Assembly (NCBI GenBank): GCA_963714975.1
Contig: CAVQQD010000002.1
Coordinates: 1,056,001 to 1,120,000 of the forward strand
Reading direction: 5' to 3'
Origin: an uncultured Gammaproteobacteria bacterium
GTDB taxonomy: Bacteria; Pseudomonadota; Gammaproteobacteria; JAURND01
Length of the DNA: 64,000 bases
Shown here: in pieces, positions 19,843 through 30,498 of the stretch
Numbering within the stretch: position 1 is the stretch's first letter
Layout: every line of letters starts with the position of its first letter
The notes under the pieces: generated by a model
Told to the model about the DNA's origin: nothing
Database searches by the model: none
What the model saw: only the letters and a program-made list of their open reading frames with translations
Translations under genes and position numbers: made by a program

Positions 19843-22301
19843 TTAGGATAAAAACGAGACTAAGCGCAGTAAATCAGCAAATATTCCGGCCGCAGTAACC
19901 TCTGCGCCAGCACCAGGGCCTTGAATGACTAAAGGCTGGGTATGATAGCGCTTGGTATGGAAAACCAACATATTATCCGTGCCTTTAAGTCCTGCAAACG
20001 GATGGTTTTGTGGAAACGATTCAATCGCTACTTGAATAGTTCCATTATCATCAATTGAGCCTACATAACCAATTTTCTCATGATTGGCATTGGCTTCGAT
20101 CACAAGTTGCTGCATTTGCTCATCGTAAAGCGGCAGTTTTGCCAAAAATTCTTCCACACTACAGGATCTTAATGGCTCCGGAACTAAATTATGCACGTTG
20201 ACATCACTGAAGTTGACCTCAAAGCCAATTTCGCGTGCTAAACATACAAACTTGCGCGCTACATCCATCCCTGATAAATCCTCTCGTGGATCAGGTTCAG
20301 TATAACCACGTTGTTTAGCCTCTAATACTATTTCTGAAAATTTTCTATTTTTTGCTAGCTCATTAAAAATATAACTTAAAGTTCCTGAGACAATGCCGGC
20401 AATTTTTTCTACCTGATCTCCAGTTTTAATTAGGTCTTGCAAGGTATTGATGACGGGCAGCCCCGCGCACACTGTAGCTTCATAAAGGTAATGACTGTTT
20501 TTTTTATGGGCTAATGAATTGTAATGTTTTGTAATAACTTAAATCTCCCGCATTCGCATGTTTGTTGGGAGTGATTACGTGAATGCCTCGCTCAAGTAAT
20601 TGAACATATTGTCCAGCAATCGCTTTATTGGCGGTGCAATCAATGATAACAGCATGAGGCATATCATCTACCAAAATATGATTAGCAAATTCTTGCAAGT
20701 TAGCTTTTTTATCTGTCTGGTTCAGTTGTTCTTGCCAATGATTTAAATCAATGGCTTCATGTGAAAGCAACATTTTCTTGCTGTTCATAATCCCTCGCAC
20801 CATCAGATTAGCCTGTGATGTTTTTTTCAATGATAATAGAGCACCATTAATTTGACTTAATAAAGCGGAGCCAACTTGCCCAGGCCCAATAATCCCAATA
20901 GAAATAGTTTCACGCGAAAGATAAAACCCAGCATGGACTGCCTGTAATGCTTTATTAATATCCCGACTATTGATTACCACGGAAATATTACGTTCTGAAG
21001 ATCCTTGAGAAATAGCGCGAATATTGATGTTTGCTTTAGCTAACGAACTGCATAATCGATCGGAAATACCAACAGCCCCAATCATTGCTTCGCCAACTGC
21101 AGACAAGATTCCACAGGATTTGTTGCTAGAAATTTTTTGAATTTGCTGATATTCAATTTCAAATTTTAAATCTTCATTTAACGCGGCTGTAGCTTTGTCA
21201 GCATCTTGATCTGAAATTGCAAAACAAATTGAATGCTCGGAACTTGCTTGAGCAATTAAAATGACAGAAATATTTTCCTGATACAGAATACTAAAAACAC
21301 GTGCTGCTATTCCAGAAACCCCAATCATCCCAGTCCCTCAATATTAATAAGGGCCACATGATCAACAAAAGTTAAGCCTTTAATGGGATAATTTGATTTA
21401 CCTGACAGTGGCTGAAATATAAGTTCCTGCGCTTTTTGGATTGAAGCTATTTTTAATGTATAAGGGTATTTTACGCTCAAATACAGGAGCAATGGTCATT
21501 GGATGTAATACTTTGGCGCCAAAATAAGCGAGCTCTAGAGCTTCTTGATAAGAAAGAGAGTCAATGACAAATGCGGAACGTACTCTACTCGGATCAGCAG
21601 TAAATATCCCATCAACATCCGTCCAAATCGTTAAATCTTTCGCTTTAAATAATTTGGCAAAAATAGCGGCAGAAAAATCACTGCCATTGCGTCCTAGTAT
21701 GCTACGCCTACCTTCTTTGTTGCTTGCAATAAATCCAGTAATGACAATTTGATCAAAAGTCTTGTCTCGTAAAAATTCATCTAAGGCCGCTTGACTTCTG
21801 ACCCAATCGATACACACGATGCCATTTTTTTCAAAGATAAATAACACCGTAGAGGCATCTAAATATAAAACTCGATTAAATGTTCTCCAAATAACCCACC
21901 AAAATTTGGCTTGACCATAATTCACCATAGCCCAAAATAATTTCTTGGATTTCTTTAGAATAGCAATGGGTTAACTGTACTGCATGTAAGATATCTTTAA
22001 TTGCAGAAAAATCTTTTTGCAAAGAGACAATAAGCTGATCTTTTTTACGGTGAATAATTAAACTCTCAATAATATCGAAATGCAGCGTTTGCAGATTATC
22101 TAAGCTTGGCAAATAAGGGTCGCCTGTTTTCGCTGCATCGAGGATGCTTTGTAATATGGAAGTAGTTCCATGCAAGGCTGAAATGACTATGATTTCGTTT
22201 TTACCAGACAATAACGATTTTAGTGCAACAATACGATCGACATTTGCGACACTACTACCTCCAAATTTATGTACAGAATACTGATGATTAATGTTTTGCA
22301 T
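19843..22301 (-). pseudogene. thrA: Bifunctional aspartokinase/homoserine dehydrogenase, frameshifted
   Basis: Four collinear fragments: KFGGSS; LGRNGSDFSA/WTDVDG; ACT+GPGQVG; GYTEPDPREDLSG/GPGAG; frame breaks near 21880, 21400, 21335, 20519. Confidence 0.88.
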
Positions 22302-22312
22302 AATTATGTTCT

Positions 22313-23629
22313 CTAAATCTTACAGACCTTTCTGGTAATTTCAGCCAACTGGTCCAAAGTGTCGTCCTCCATAGTGAGTGGCGGCAGCCAATAAATAGTA
22401 TTACCCAAGGGTCGCAAGAACGCGCCTTCCGCCACGGCTTTTTGAAATATTTCAAATCCCCGCCGTCGTCCTTTTTCAGCACAAACAACCTCAGCCGCTA
22501 CGATAGCACCGATATGCCTGACATTCGTCAATTGCCCAGTGTCTTCTGCAATCGCTCGCATTTTGCTAGCCATTTTGTTGCCCAACGCTACTGCTCGCTG
22601 ACAGATGTGTTCCTCTTTTATAATAGCCAAAGCCTCTAAGGCGACTGCTACTGCTAAAGCATTTCCTGAATAGGTATGGGAGTGTAAAAATGACTTCCCT
22701 TCACTATAATCCGCATAAAAAAGTTGGTAAATCTCCTCGCGCATTAAAACTGCGCTCAAAGGCAACCAACCACCCGTTAATCCTTTGCCTAAACAAAGTA
22801 AATCTGGCTCGATTCCACTATATTCACAGGCTAACATCTTACCGGTACGACCCAGACCTGTCACAAGCTCATCGGCAATTAAATGAACCCCATGAGCGTG
22901 AGTCCACGCACGTAGACGCTTAAGAAAGTCCTGACTATAGATTTGCACATTGCCCGCGACTTGTACTAGCGGCTCTACGATCAGAGCGGTCGCTGACTCT
23001 GCATAAGGGGCTAATTTTTTTTCCGTAGCTTCCCAATACGCTCCACAATCATCCCATAGCGGATCCTGGGTATTACTAACATAGGGAATGTCGGTAATGA
23101 AATAGGCATCGAAGAGCATGGCCTGATAGGGATCACGATAAATGCCTAAATCAGAGACACTCAAGGCTCCTGCCGTCTCACCGTGATAGGCATTTTTTAG
23201 AGCGATAAATTTTGTTCTCTTGGCTTGGCCTTGAATTTGCCTGGAATGCAAGCTCATCTTTAAGGCAATTTCTACCGCAGAAGAGCCCTCGCTGGCATAA
23301 AATACCTTGGTTAAGGCAGGCATGAGTTGAGATAATTGTTGCGATAACTGGACGATCGTCTCATGCGTTGTGTTTGCTAAAATGACGTGCTCAAATCGGT
23401 CTACTTGTTTCAACAAAGCCGCTTTTAACCGCGGATGGTTATGACCTAGCGACTTACACCACCAACTCGAAATCGCATCAATGATTTTTCTCCCATCGGC
23501 CAATTCCAAATAAGATCCGCGTGCTTTGTTGATGACTAAAGGGGGAAAATTTTCATAGTCTTTCATTTGTGAGCAAGGATGCCACAAATGTTGTAGATTT
23601 AATGTGATGAGTTGCTGCACCTGATCCAT
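22313..23629 (-). CDS. bioA: Adenosylmethionine-8-amino-7-oxononanoate transaminase
   Basis: WHPCSQM, DAISSWW, LIADE, LGKGLTGG, LRPLGN. Confidence 0.97.
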   Translation of the reverse strand: MDQVQQLITLNLQHLWHPCSQMKDYENFPPLVINKARGSYLELADGRKIIDAISSWWCKSLGHNHPRLKAALLKQVDRFEHVILANTTHETIVQLSQQLSQLMPALTKVFYASEGSSAVEIALKMSLHSRQIQGQAKRTKFIALKNAYHGETAGALSVSDLGIYRDPYQAMLFDAYFITDIPYVSNTQDPLWDDCGAYWEATEKKLAPYAESATALIVEPLVQVAGNVQIYSQDFLKRLRAWTHAHGVHLIADELVTGLGRTGKMLACEYSGIEPDLLCLGKGLTGGWLPLSAVLMREEIYQLFYADYSEGKSFLHSHTYSGNALAVAVALEALAIIKEEHICQRAVALGNKMASKMRAIAEDTGQLTNVRHIGAIVAAEVVCAEKGRRRGFEIFQKAVAEGAFLRPLGNTIYWLPPLTMEDDTLDQLAEITRKVCKI

Positions 23630-23707
23630 GCCATACCTCCAATTGACAGGCTCAAAAAACTAACATAAAGTTCGGTTTCAAGCAATCCCTATAACTACTC
23701 ATAAATT

Positions 23708-24886
23708 ATGGTAATTGACTCTCTCGACGATCTACTTGCTGTGCACCAACAAAAACAATTGCTGCGACAGCGTATTCCGATAAGCAACCGCAATGGAACT
23801 AAGATAAAACTTGATGGGAAATGGCTCATTAACTTTAGTCATAATGATTATTTAGGAATTGCCGACCACCCACAAGTGAAAGCAGCTTTTATCGAAGGAG
23901 TCGAGCAATATGGAGTTGGCAGTAGTGCTTCGCCTGTCTTAGCGGGGTTTTATCAAGCCAATCAAGAGCTAGAAGAAAAATTTGCCCGATTCATGCAAGC
24001 GGATCGCGCTATTTTATTCAACTCTGGCTATCATGCCAATCTGGGGGTTTTTACTAGCCTGGCTAATCGGCATTGCTTTGTGTTGGCGGATAAGCTTTGT
24101 CATGCCTCGATACTCGATGGCGTGCAGCTCTCGCGGGCCAAATTACTGCGCTTTCGTCACCAGGATTTACTCCATCTGGAAACATTATTAAAAAAAATCC
24201 AGCAGCCTTGCTTGATTGTGACTGAAAGCATTTTCGGCATGGAAGGTGCTATCTCACCAATCGACCAAGTAGCCAATCTAGCACAACGCTATCAGGCCAC
24301 ATTAATTGTCGACGATGCGCACGGAGTTGGTGTTCTCGGCCAGCAGGGTCGGGGCATTCGTGAATATTATCAGCTAACCCAAACGGAGATTCCCTGCTTG
24401 ATAAGCCCACTAGGCAAAGCTTTTGGCAGTTTTGGTGCGCTGGTATCTGGAACTGAAAATATCATTAACACCCTAACGCAATTTTCGCGAACTTATCTTT
24501 ACTCGACCGCATTGCCACCTGCTGTGGCGGCAGCAAGCTTAGCTGCTTTACAAATTATTGAGGAGGAAGGTTGGCGACGTGACAAGCTAGCATCCTTAGC
24601 CAAACAGCTGATTCAACAAGCCTGGAAGTGGCAGCTGCCACTCATGTCTCAGGCTTTAACCCCTATTAAGTCTATCCTCATTGAAGACATCAGCGCCAGC
24701 CTGGAAATCCAGCAGCAATTATTGCACAATGGCTTTTATGTTTCTTGTATCCGTCCTCCTACTGTGCCTGCAGGGACCAGTCGCATTAAAATTTCCATAA
24801 ATTGTCTGCACGAAGAAGAAGAAATAACGAGGCTTTTCGACTATTTGGGTCCACTTTATGAAAAATTCCGAAAAACAAAAACTTAA
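23708..24886 (+). CDS. bioF: 8-amino-7-oxononanoate synthase
   Basis: NDYLG, HASILDG, DDAHG, LGKAFG, IRPPTVP. Confidence 0.93.
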   Translation: MVIDSLDDLLAVHQQKQLLRQRIPISNRNGTKIKLDGKWLINFSHNDYLGIADHPQVKAAFIEGVEQYGVGSSASPVLAGFYQANQELEEKFARFMQADRAILFNSGYHANLGVFTSLANRHCFVLADKLCHASILDGVQLSRAKLLRFRHQDLLHLETLLKKIQQPCLIVTESIFGMEGAISPIDQVANLAQRYQATLIVDDAHGVGVLGQQGRGIREYYQLTQTEIPCLISPLGKAFGSFGALVSGTENIINTLTQFSRTYLYSTALPPAVAAASLAALQIIEEEGWRRDKLASLAKQLIQQAWKWQLPLMSQALTPIKSILIEDISASLEIQQQLLHNGFYVSCIRPPTVPAGTSRIKISINCLHEEEEITRLFDYLGPLYEKFRKTKT

Positions 24887-25706
24887 AGAATGCTTTAATA
24901 AGGCAGCCGCCTATTATGACCAGCAGTCCATACTCCAACAACGCATTGGCCAAAGCTTGTTGGAGCAACTTGTAGCCGTCGTCCCTGCAGTAACTGGCAT
25001 CCATGCCGGGACGACGGCTACAGTCCAGCGCATTATCGACCTGGGTTGTGGTACGGGAATTATTACCGAAAAATTGGCGCAGACTTTTCAGTATAGGCAG
25101 TTCTATGCCGTAGATATTGCAGAACAATTGTTATTACAAGCCAAAACTCGTTTATCACCCTTGGGTATCGAGGTTTTTAATGCTGATTTTGAGGAATATA
25201 TCGCAGGCACCCCATTGTTTAATCTAGCCTTCGCCAATATGGCATTGCAGTGGAGCTTTAATTTTGCGCACACTTTGCAAAAAATATCCTCGTTGCTTGA
25301 AACCAAAGGTTTGCTGGCTTTTTCGTTACCCTTGGCTGGCACCTTCACAGAACTTAGCCAAAATTATCCGATTAATAAATTCTATGCAGCCCAGGAGATT
25401 TTGGATTTTTTAAGTCAAGTACAGTTGACTCCTCTGACGTTTACGACTGAAACAATCCATCTACAATTTGCTTCCTTACAAGCAGCATTATGGTCGATTA
25501 AAGCGATGGGGGCTAATTATGTAAAGAAAGAAAGCCGACGGACGAAACCTAAAGCCATGAATGCCACACAGCTGTTACAACCGACTGGACTTACCTATGA
25601 AATCGGGTATTTTATTGCCCAGAAAGTCCCCTCTCCATCACAATCCTTCGACCTTATTCCTTTCTCCCACAAGGGGAGAAGGAATAATGAAGTCGAAGGA
25701 TTATAA
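24858..25706 (+). CDS. bioC: Malonyl-ACP O-methyltransferase with repeat-derived insertions
   Basis: FNKAA..YD, DLGCGTG, NMALQW; bio cluster position. Confidence 0.88.
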   Translation: MKNSEKQKLKECFNKAAAYYDQQSILQQRIGQSLLEQLVAVVPAVTGIHAGTTATVQRIIDLGCGTGIITEKLAQTFQYRQFYAVDIAEQLLLQAKTRLSPLGIEVFNADFEEYIAGTPLFNLAFANMALQWSFNFAHTLQKISSLLETKGLLAFSLPLAGTFTELSQNYPINKFYAAQEILDFLSQVQLTPLTFTTETIHLQFASLQAALWSIKAMGANYVKKESRRTKPKAMNATQLLQPTGLTYEIGYFIAQKVPSPSQSFDLIPFSHKGRRNNEVEGL

Positions 25707-25719
25707 AGAGGAATCATTT

Positions 25720-26400
25720 GTGACCACAAAATTTTTTATTGCTGGCACAGATACCGATGCTGGCAAAACCTATGTCAGCGTAGGGCTGCTTAAACGCTGG
25801 CAACAGCTGGGTTATACTACATTAGGCTTTAAGCCCCTGGCTTCTGGTTGTCATCGCAACCAACAAGGCCAGCTGCGTAACGACGATGCTCTGGCTCTGC
25901 AACAAGCTTCTTCGCTACAGCTACCTTACGAGCAAGTGAATCCCTTAGCTTTCGAACGCCCGATTGCCCCACACATTGCTGCCAGAGAAAACAATATGCA
26001 GTTATCGGTCGCACAGTTACAAAAACTTTGGGCGCCAAAACCCAATGCAAGCGCGGATATTTGGATTATTGAAGGTGTAGGCGGTTGGCATATGCCACTC
26101 AATGAGCACGAAACCATGGCCGATTTTGTTAAGCTCAATGATTTTGCGGTTATTTTAGTAGTAAGAATTCGCCTAGGATGTCTTAATCATTCCATTCTTA
26201 CTGTCAAAGCCATGCAACAAGCGCAAATTAAATTCTGCGGATGGATTGCTAATATTATTGACCCTGATATTGCGGAAATCGACAACAACATCCAAATGCT
26301 GCAAAGCTGGTTGAAAGCGCCAATGCTAGGTCAAGTGGGGTATCAACAAGCAGCGGAGAAGGGGTTGCTTCTAAATTCTAGAGGGGACTTACACCTCTGA
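25720..26400 (+). CDS. bioD: Dethiobiotin synthase
   Basis: GTDTDAGKT, KPLASG, IEGVGG, LGCLNH; GTG start after AGAGGA. Confidence 0.95.
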   Translation: MTTKFFIAGTDTDAGKTYVSVGLLKRWQQLGYTTLGFKPLASGCHRNQQGQLRNDDALALQQASSLQLPYEQVNPLAFERPIAPHIAARENNMQLSVAQLQKLWAPKPNASADIWIIEGVGGWHMPLNEHETMADFVKLNDFAVILVVRIRLGCLNHSILTVKAMQQAQIKFCGWIANIIDPDIAEIDNNIQMLQSWLKAPMLGQVGYQQAAEKGLLLNSRGDLHL

Positions 26401-27603
26401 GGGCACGAAATTCTGAGGAGATGGGAAGCGAGTTTCTGATGCAACGCTCTTATTTTCTGGAGGTCTTAAAAGTTTTGCTCCCAGTTGCGCGATTGTTTCT
26501 TCATCACGTTCCTCTAAACCAAACTCCCCCTGTTGGGAAGTTGCACAAGCACTACGAAGTTTTTGTATCAGCATCGTCATCAAACGCAGGGAATAATATA
26601 CTGCCACCACCGCAGTACACTTAAAGCCAAATTCCCCTACTTCCTCTGAGGCCCAATAATGTTGTAAATTTAAGGGCACACCCCCTGCTGCAACCAAGGA
26701 CATGCCAATAAAGCTTGTCCCACGAACGAAAAAATTAAGTAAACTTGAGTTATACGTTTGCTCAAGGTGAGCTTGAATTTGTATATTAATCTTAAGGTCC
26801 TCGTCAGTATTTACTCGAGTTTTGTCAGGTAAAAGTTTCCTTGTAAGCCCGTTATCAATTTCATTTAGGCGATTTACTTGAGCTGTAACAAAACCTCTCT
26901 CTTCTGGCAAAGTATTAGCTAAACAACGGACTTGAATCAATCCCAATAAAATATTACGCCTTCTCTCTAATTGTTCTTGATCTGGAAACTCCTCATCCTT
27001 GCGCTCCTCAAGCTTTTTCTGCAAATAGAGAACCTCATCAATACTATCCTTTAACCAACCTTCGAAACTCAGTCTTTGCTGATGGTTCCACAGCTCTACG
27101 CCAGAATCGATAAAATCGACCATCATCGCAACAGCAAAGGTCCAGCCTGCCCCAATGGTGCTTAAGGCGCCGGTTTCATCGCGGCAAATCCAGGGTGGGC
27201 AGCTGAATAACAATAATCCTAAGCCATCCAATGCATATAGCCCACCCATCCATTTAGCTTGTTTTTGATGGGGAGTATATCCTAGCAATTTTCTTGCGCT
27301 GGTACCCCAGGCTTGAACCCCATCAAGGAAATTCCAGGTTAGGGGATGCATTGAAGTACTAGCAGCACTGGGGGGAAACTGGTGAAAAGTAAAGCCAATA
27401 TAATTGAGGAGGGGCCCTTCGTTAGTAAAAAAAACAGCGGGTTTACTATTTAGAAAAGAACGTGCAGAATCGCTGAAAAACCGCAAGCGGGAGCGTGGGA
27501 TTTTAGGTTGTTTACCTCTATCTGTACCATCACTCTGACGATCATGAGTTAATGGTGTAGATTCTGATTTATTTATTATAGGTCGAGTCTCTTTATCTTC
27601 CAT
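26389..27603 (-). CDS. Orphan multi-TM protein, effector-like
   Basis: 404 aa; several TM segments, coiled coil, disordered ends. Confidence 0.65.
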   Translation of the reverse strand: MEDKETRPIINKSESTPLTHDRQSDGTDRGKQPKIPRSRLRFFSDSARSFLNSKPAVFFTNEGPLLNYIGFTFHQFPPSAASTSMHPLTWNFLDGVQAWGTSARKLLGYTPHQKQAKWMGGLYALDGLGLLLFSCPPWICRDETGALSTIGAGWTFAVAMMVDFIDSGVELWNHQQRLSFEGWLKDSIDEVLYLQKKLEERKDEEFPDQEQLERRRNILLGLIQVRCLANTLPEERGFVTAQVNRLNEIDNGLTRKLLPDKTRVNTDEDLKINIQIQAHLEQTYNSSLLNFFVRGTSFIGMSLVAAGGVPLNLQHYWASEEVGEFGFKCTAVVAVYYSLRLMTMLIQKLRSACATSQQGEFGLEERDEETIAQLGAKLLRPPENKSVASETRFPSPQNFVPSEV

Positions 27604-27730
27604 AGATTTGCCCTCTAGGATTATTTTTATTATTTTACGATATTATTATTAAGGCTTTATGAAGCAATCTGCTACTGCAACCTTTTTAATCCAATCCCTT
27701 CTCCCCTTGGGGAGAAGGGATTAAGAGAAC

Positions 27731-28789
27731 CTACCTCTGCCAACTATATTTCAACCAAGCATTTGACAAGGCCTTGGCTACAGAAGCTAAAGGAAGAGCA
27801 AAAAATACGCCCCAAAAGCCCCATAGCCCACCAAATATCAACACTGCAACGATGACCGCGACCGGATGGAGTTTCATGGTTTCAGAAAATAATAGGGGGG
27901 CTAAAACATTACCATCTACTACATTGATAATTACATAAATAATAGTTAAATAAAGCAAATGGGCATCAAAACCCCACTGTACATATCCCACAATAAATAC
28001 CGGAATAGTTACCAGCACCGCCCCCATATAAGGGATAATATTAGCAATGCCAACTAATACCCCCAGCAAAATGGCATAATTAATCCCCAACAACATAAAA
28101 GCAATCGTGGTAACAAATCCAACCAAAATAATTTCAATAACTTTACCTCGGATGTAATTACCAATTTGCTGATTTACTTCGCCCCATACTTCTCGTGCCA
28201 ACCCACGTTTCTCCGGCAAAAATTGCGCAGCCCAACGCAAAATAGCATCCCGATCTTTCAACAGAAAATAAACAATTAAAGGCACCACTACCAAATAGAC
28301 CACCAACATGACTAAATTCGAGATAGTGCTAATCGAATAAGACAAAGCGCTAGTACCCAAACGGGCTATGTCTGATTGAAAGGTAGTCATCCATTTTTGG
28401 ACTTGTGCCTTAGAAATATAATCAGGATATTCTTGGGATAGTTGAATAATATAACTTTCTGCCAGCTTGATTTTATTGGGCAATTCATTAAGAAGATTGA
28501 CCAGTTGATCCCACACTAAGGGTAATAAGAAAAATAAACCTACTACTAATGCACCTAGAAATAGCAAGAATACTAAATTCGCCGCAATAAAATGAGGAAA
28601 TTTCCATCGTTCTAAACGTCTAACGGTACCATCCAGCAAATAAGCAATCACAATGCTAACAAGTACGGGCGCTAAGATATTGCCAATCAACCAGATGGCC
28701 AAAATAATAACCAATAAAATTAAGGCCAAACTTCCTAATTCTGTTCCAATAAAACGACGCTGAAACCATTGTGATAAGGATTGAATCAT
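27731..28789 (-). CDS. perM: AI-2E/PerM family permease
   Basis: [27 protein letters not shown]...WGFWGVFFA. Confidence 0.85.
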   Translation of the reverse strand: MIQSLSQWFQRRFIGTELGSLALILLVIILAIWLIGNILAPVLVSIVIAYLLDGTVRRLERWKFPHFIAANLVFLLFLGALVVGLFFLLPLVWDQLVNLLNELPNKIKLAESYIIQLSQEYPDYISKAQVQKWMTTFQSDIARLGTSALSYSISTISNLVMLVVYLVVVPLIVYFLLKDRDAILRWAAQFLPEKRGLAREVWGEVNQQIGNYIRGKVIEIILVGFVTTIAFMLLGINYAILLGVLVGIANIIPYMGAVLVTIPVFIVGYVQWGFDAHLLYLTIIYVIINVVDGNVLAPLLFSETMKLHPVAVIVAVLIFGGLWGFWGVFFALPLASVAKALSNAWLKYSWQR

Positions 28790-29217
28790 ACAATTTGCCC
28801 CAAAGCATGTAGTGTATAAGCGCTATCTACAGCATCCCGACCTTTATGCCCATGTTTACCTCCCACCCGTTCCAGTGCCTGTTGTTCATTCTCCGTCGTC
28901 AAAACACCAAAAATGACTGGAATGTTATTTTCCAAGGCAACCTTTTGACAACCATAGCTCACCTGCTGACACACATAGTCATAGTGATCCGTTTCACCGC
29001 GAATCACTGCCCCCAATGCGATCAACACATCGTAATGATTCTGCCTTGCGAGCTTTTGAGCTATTAAAGGGATTTCAATTGCGCCAGGCACTTGCAGCAC
29101 TTTTTGTGCTTGATTCCCTAATTCCTCTAAGCGTTGTAGCGCCCCCTGGAGTAACCGAGTAGTAATTTCTTCATTAAATTGACTGACTACAATAGCAATT
29201 CTTGGATGGTGAGACAT
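28786..29217 (-). CDS. ribH: 6,7-dimethyl-8-ribityllumazine synthase
   Basis: [26 protein letters not shown]. Confidence 0.97.
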   Translation of the reverse strand: MSHHPRIAIVVSQFNEEITTRLLQGALQRLEELGNQAQKVLQVPGAIEIPLIAQKLARQNHYDVLIALGAVIRGETDHYDYVCQQVSYGCQKVALENNIPVIFGVLTTENEQQALERVGGKHGHKGRDAVDSAYTLHALGQIV

Positions 29218-29280
29218 AACTTAACCTATCAACTATGGGGCAAGCCCGTGGATTCATGCCACGGGCGCAGTCTAAACAAT

Positions 29281-30498
29281 TTAGCTCACTAGAGATAATA
29301 AATGACCTAATTTTTTCCGCTTAGTGCGCAGGTAATGAATATTGTCTTCCGTGGGTTCCATTTCAATCGGTTCACGATTTTCAACTTTAATTCCATAGCG
29401 TTGAATTCCTTCAATTTTATTCGGATTATTAGTGAGCAAGCGAACAGACCCCACACCTAATTGCTTGAGGATTTGCGCAGCAATACCATAATCACGCATA
29501 TCTGCGGAAAAACCCAGGGAATGATTTGCTTCAACAGTATCCAAGCCATGGTCTTGCAAGGCATAGGCTTTCACCTTATTCACTAAACCAATGCCCCTGC
29601 CCTCTTGATTCATATATAACAATATTCCCCCTTCCTGCCCAATCTTTCGCAAGGAATATTCTAATTGCCAACCACAATCACAACGCGCAGAAGCAAAAAT
29701 ATCACCGGTGATGCATTGCGAATGGACGCGTACTAAACAAGCAGTCTCTGCGTTAATTTCCCCGCGTAATAACACCAGATGCTGGGTTTCATCAATTTCG
29801 CTTTCGTACACTTTCATATGAAAAGCGCCATAGGCTTTTAAAGGTAACAAAGCAGAGGCAGTTTCCTTCACCAGCATTTCGCGGTTAATACGATAGGTAA
29901 TTAAATCGGCAACCGAAAGAATTGCCAGTCCATGGGTTTCAGCGATCTTAATTAAATCCTCACGCCGAGCCATGGAGCCATCTTCTTTTAAGATCTCACA
30001 CAAAACCGCTGCAGGTTGAAACCCCGCTAACCGTGCCAAATCTACTGAAGCCTCGGTATGACCGGCACGCACCAAAACGCCCCCCTTTACTGCACGTAAA
30101 GGAAAAACATGGCCTGGCATTGATAAATCATCGCTAGTCGTTTGTGGATCAATGGCGACTTGTATGGTTCGTGCCCGATCCTGGGCAGAAATCCCAGTGG
30201 TAATGCCTCGTTTGGCTCCAATCGAAATAGTAAAGGCGGTATTAAATTTTGAGGTATTGCGCTTTACCATGGGGGGTAACTGTAAACGATCGATGATCTC
30301 ACCATCCATGGGCAGGCAGATTAAACCACGACCGTATCGGGACATAAAGTTAATTGCCGCTGGAGTAATCTTTTCCGCAGCAATGACGAAATCACCTTCA
30401 TTTTCACGATTTTCATCATCAATAATGATGACAAACTGACCTTGGCGAAATGATTCGATGGCTTGCTCAACTGTGACGAATAAATTAGGATTTTTCAT
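29281..30498 (-). CDS. ribBA: Bifunctional DHBP synthase/GTP cyclohydrolase II
   Basis: RENEGD, GHTEA, RVHSQC..GD...RCDCG, EGRGIG, LTNNP. Confidence 0.97.
   Translation of the reverse strand: MKNPNLFVTVEQAIESFRQGQFVIIIDDENRENEGDFVIAAEKITPAAINFMSRYGRGLICLPMDGEIIDRLQLPPMVKRNTSKFNTAFTISIGAKRGITTGISAQDRARTIQVAIDPQTTSDDLSMPGHVFPLRAVKGGVLVRAGHTEASVDLARLAGFQPAAVLCEILKEDGSMARREDLIKIAETHGLAILSVADLITYRINREMLVKETASALLPLKAYGAFHMKVYESEIDETQHLVLLRGEINAETACLVRVHSQCITGDIFASARCDCGWQLEYSLRKIGQEGGILLYMNQEGRGIGLVNKVKAYALQDHGLDTVEANHSLGFSADMRDYGIAAQILKQLGVGSVRLLTNNPNKIEGIQRYGIKVENREPIEMEPTEDNIHYLRTKRKKLGHLLSLVS

Noticed and set aside
20498-20505. T8 run as a programmed slippage site restoring thrA
   Set aside because: The frame break appears to map slightly upstream of the run and three other breaks exist, so recoding is implausible
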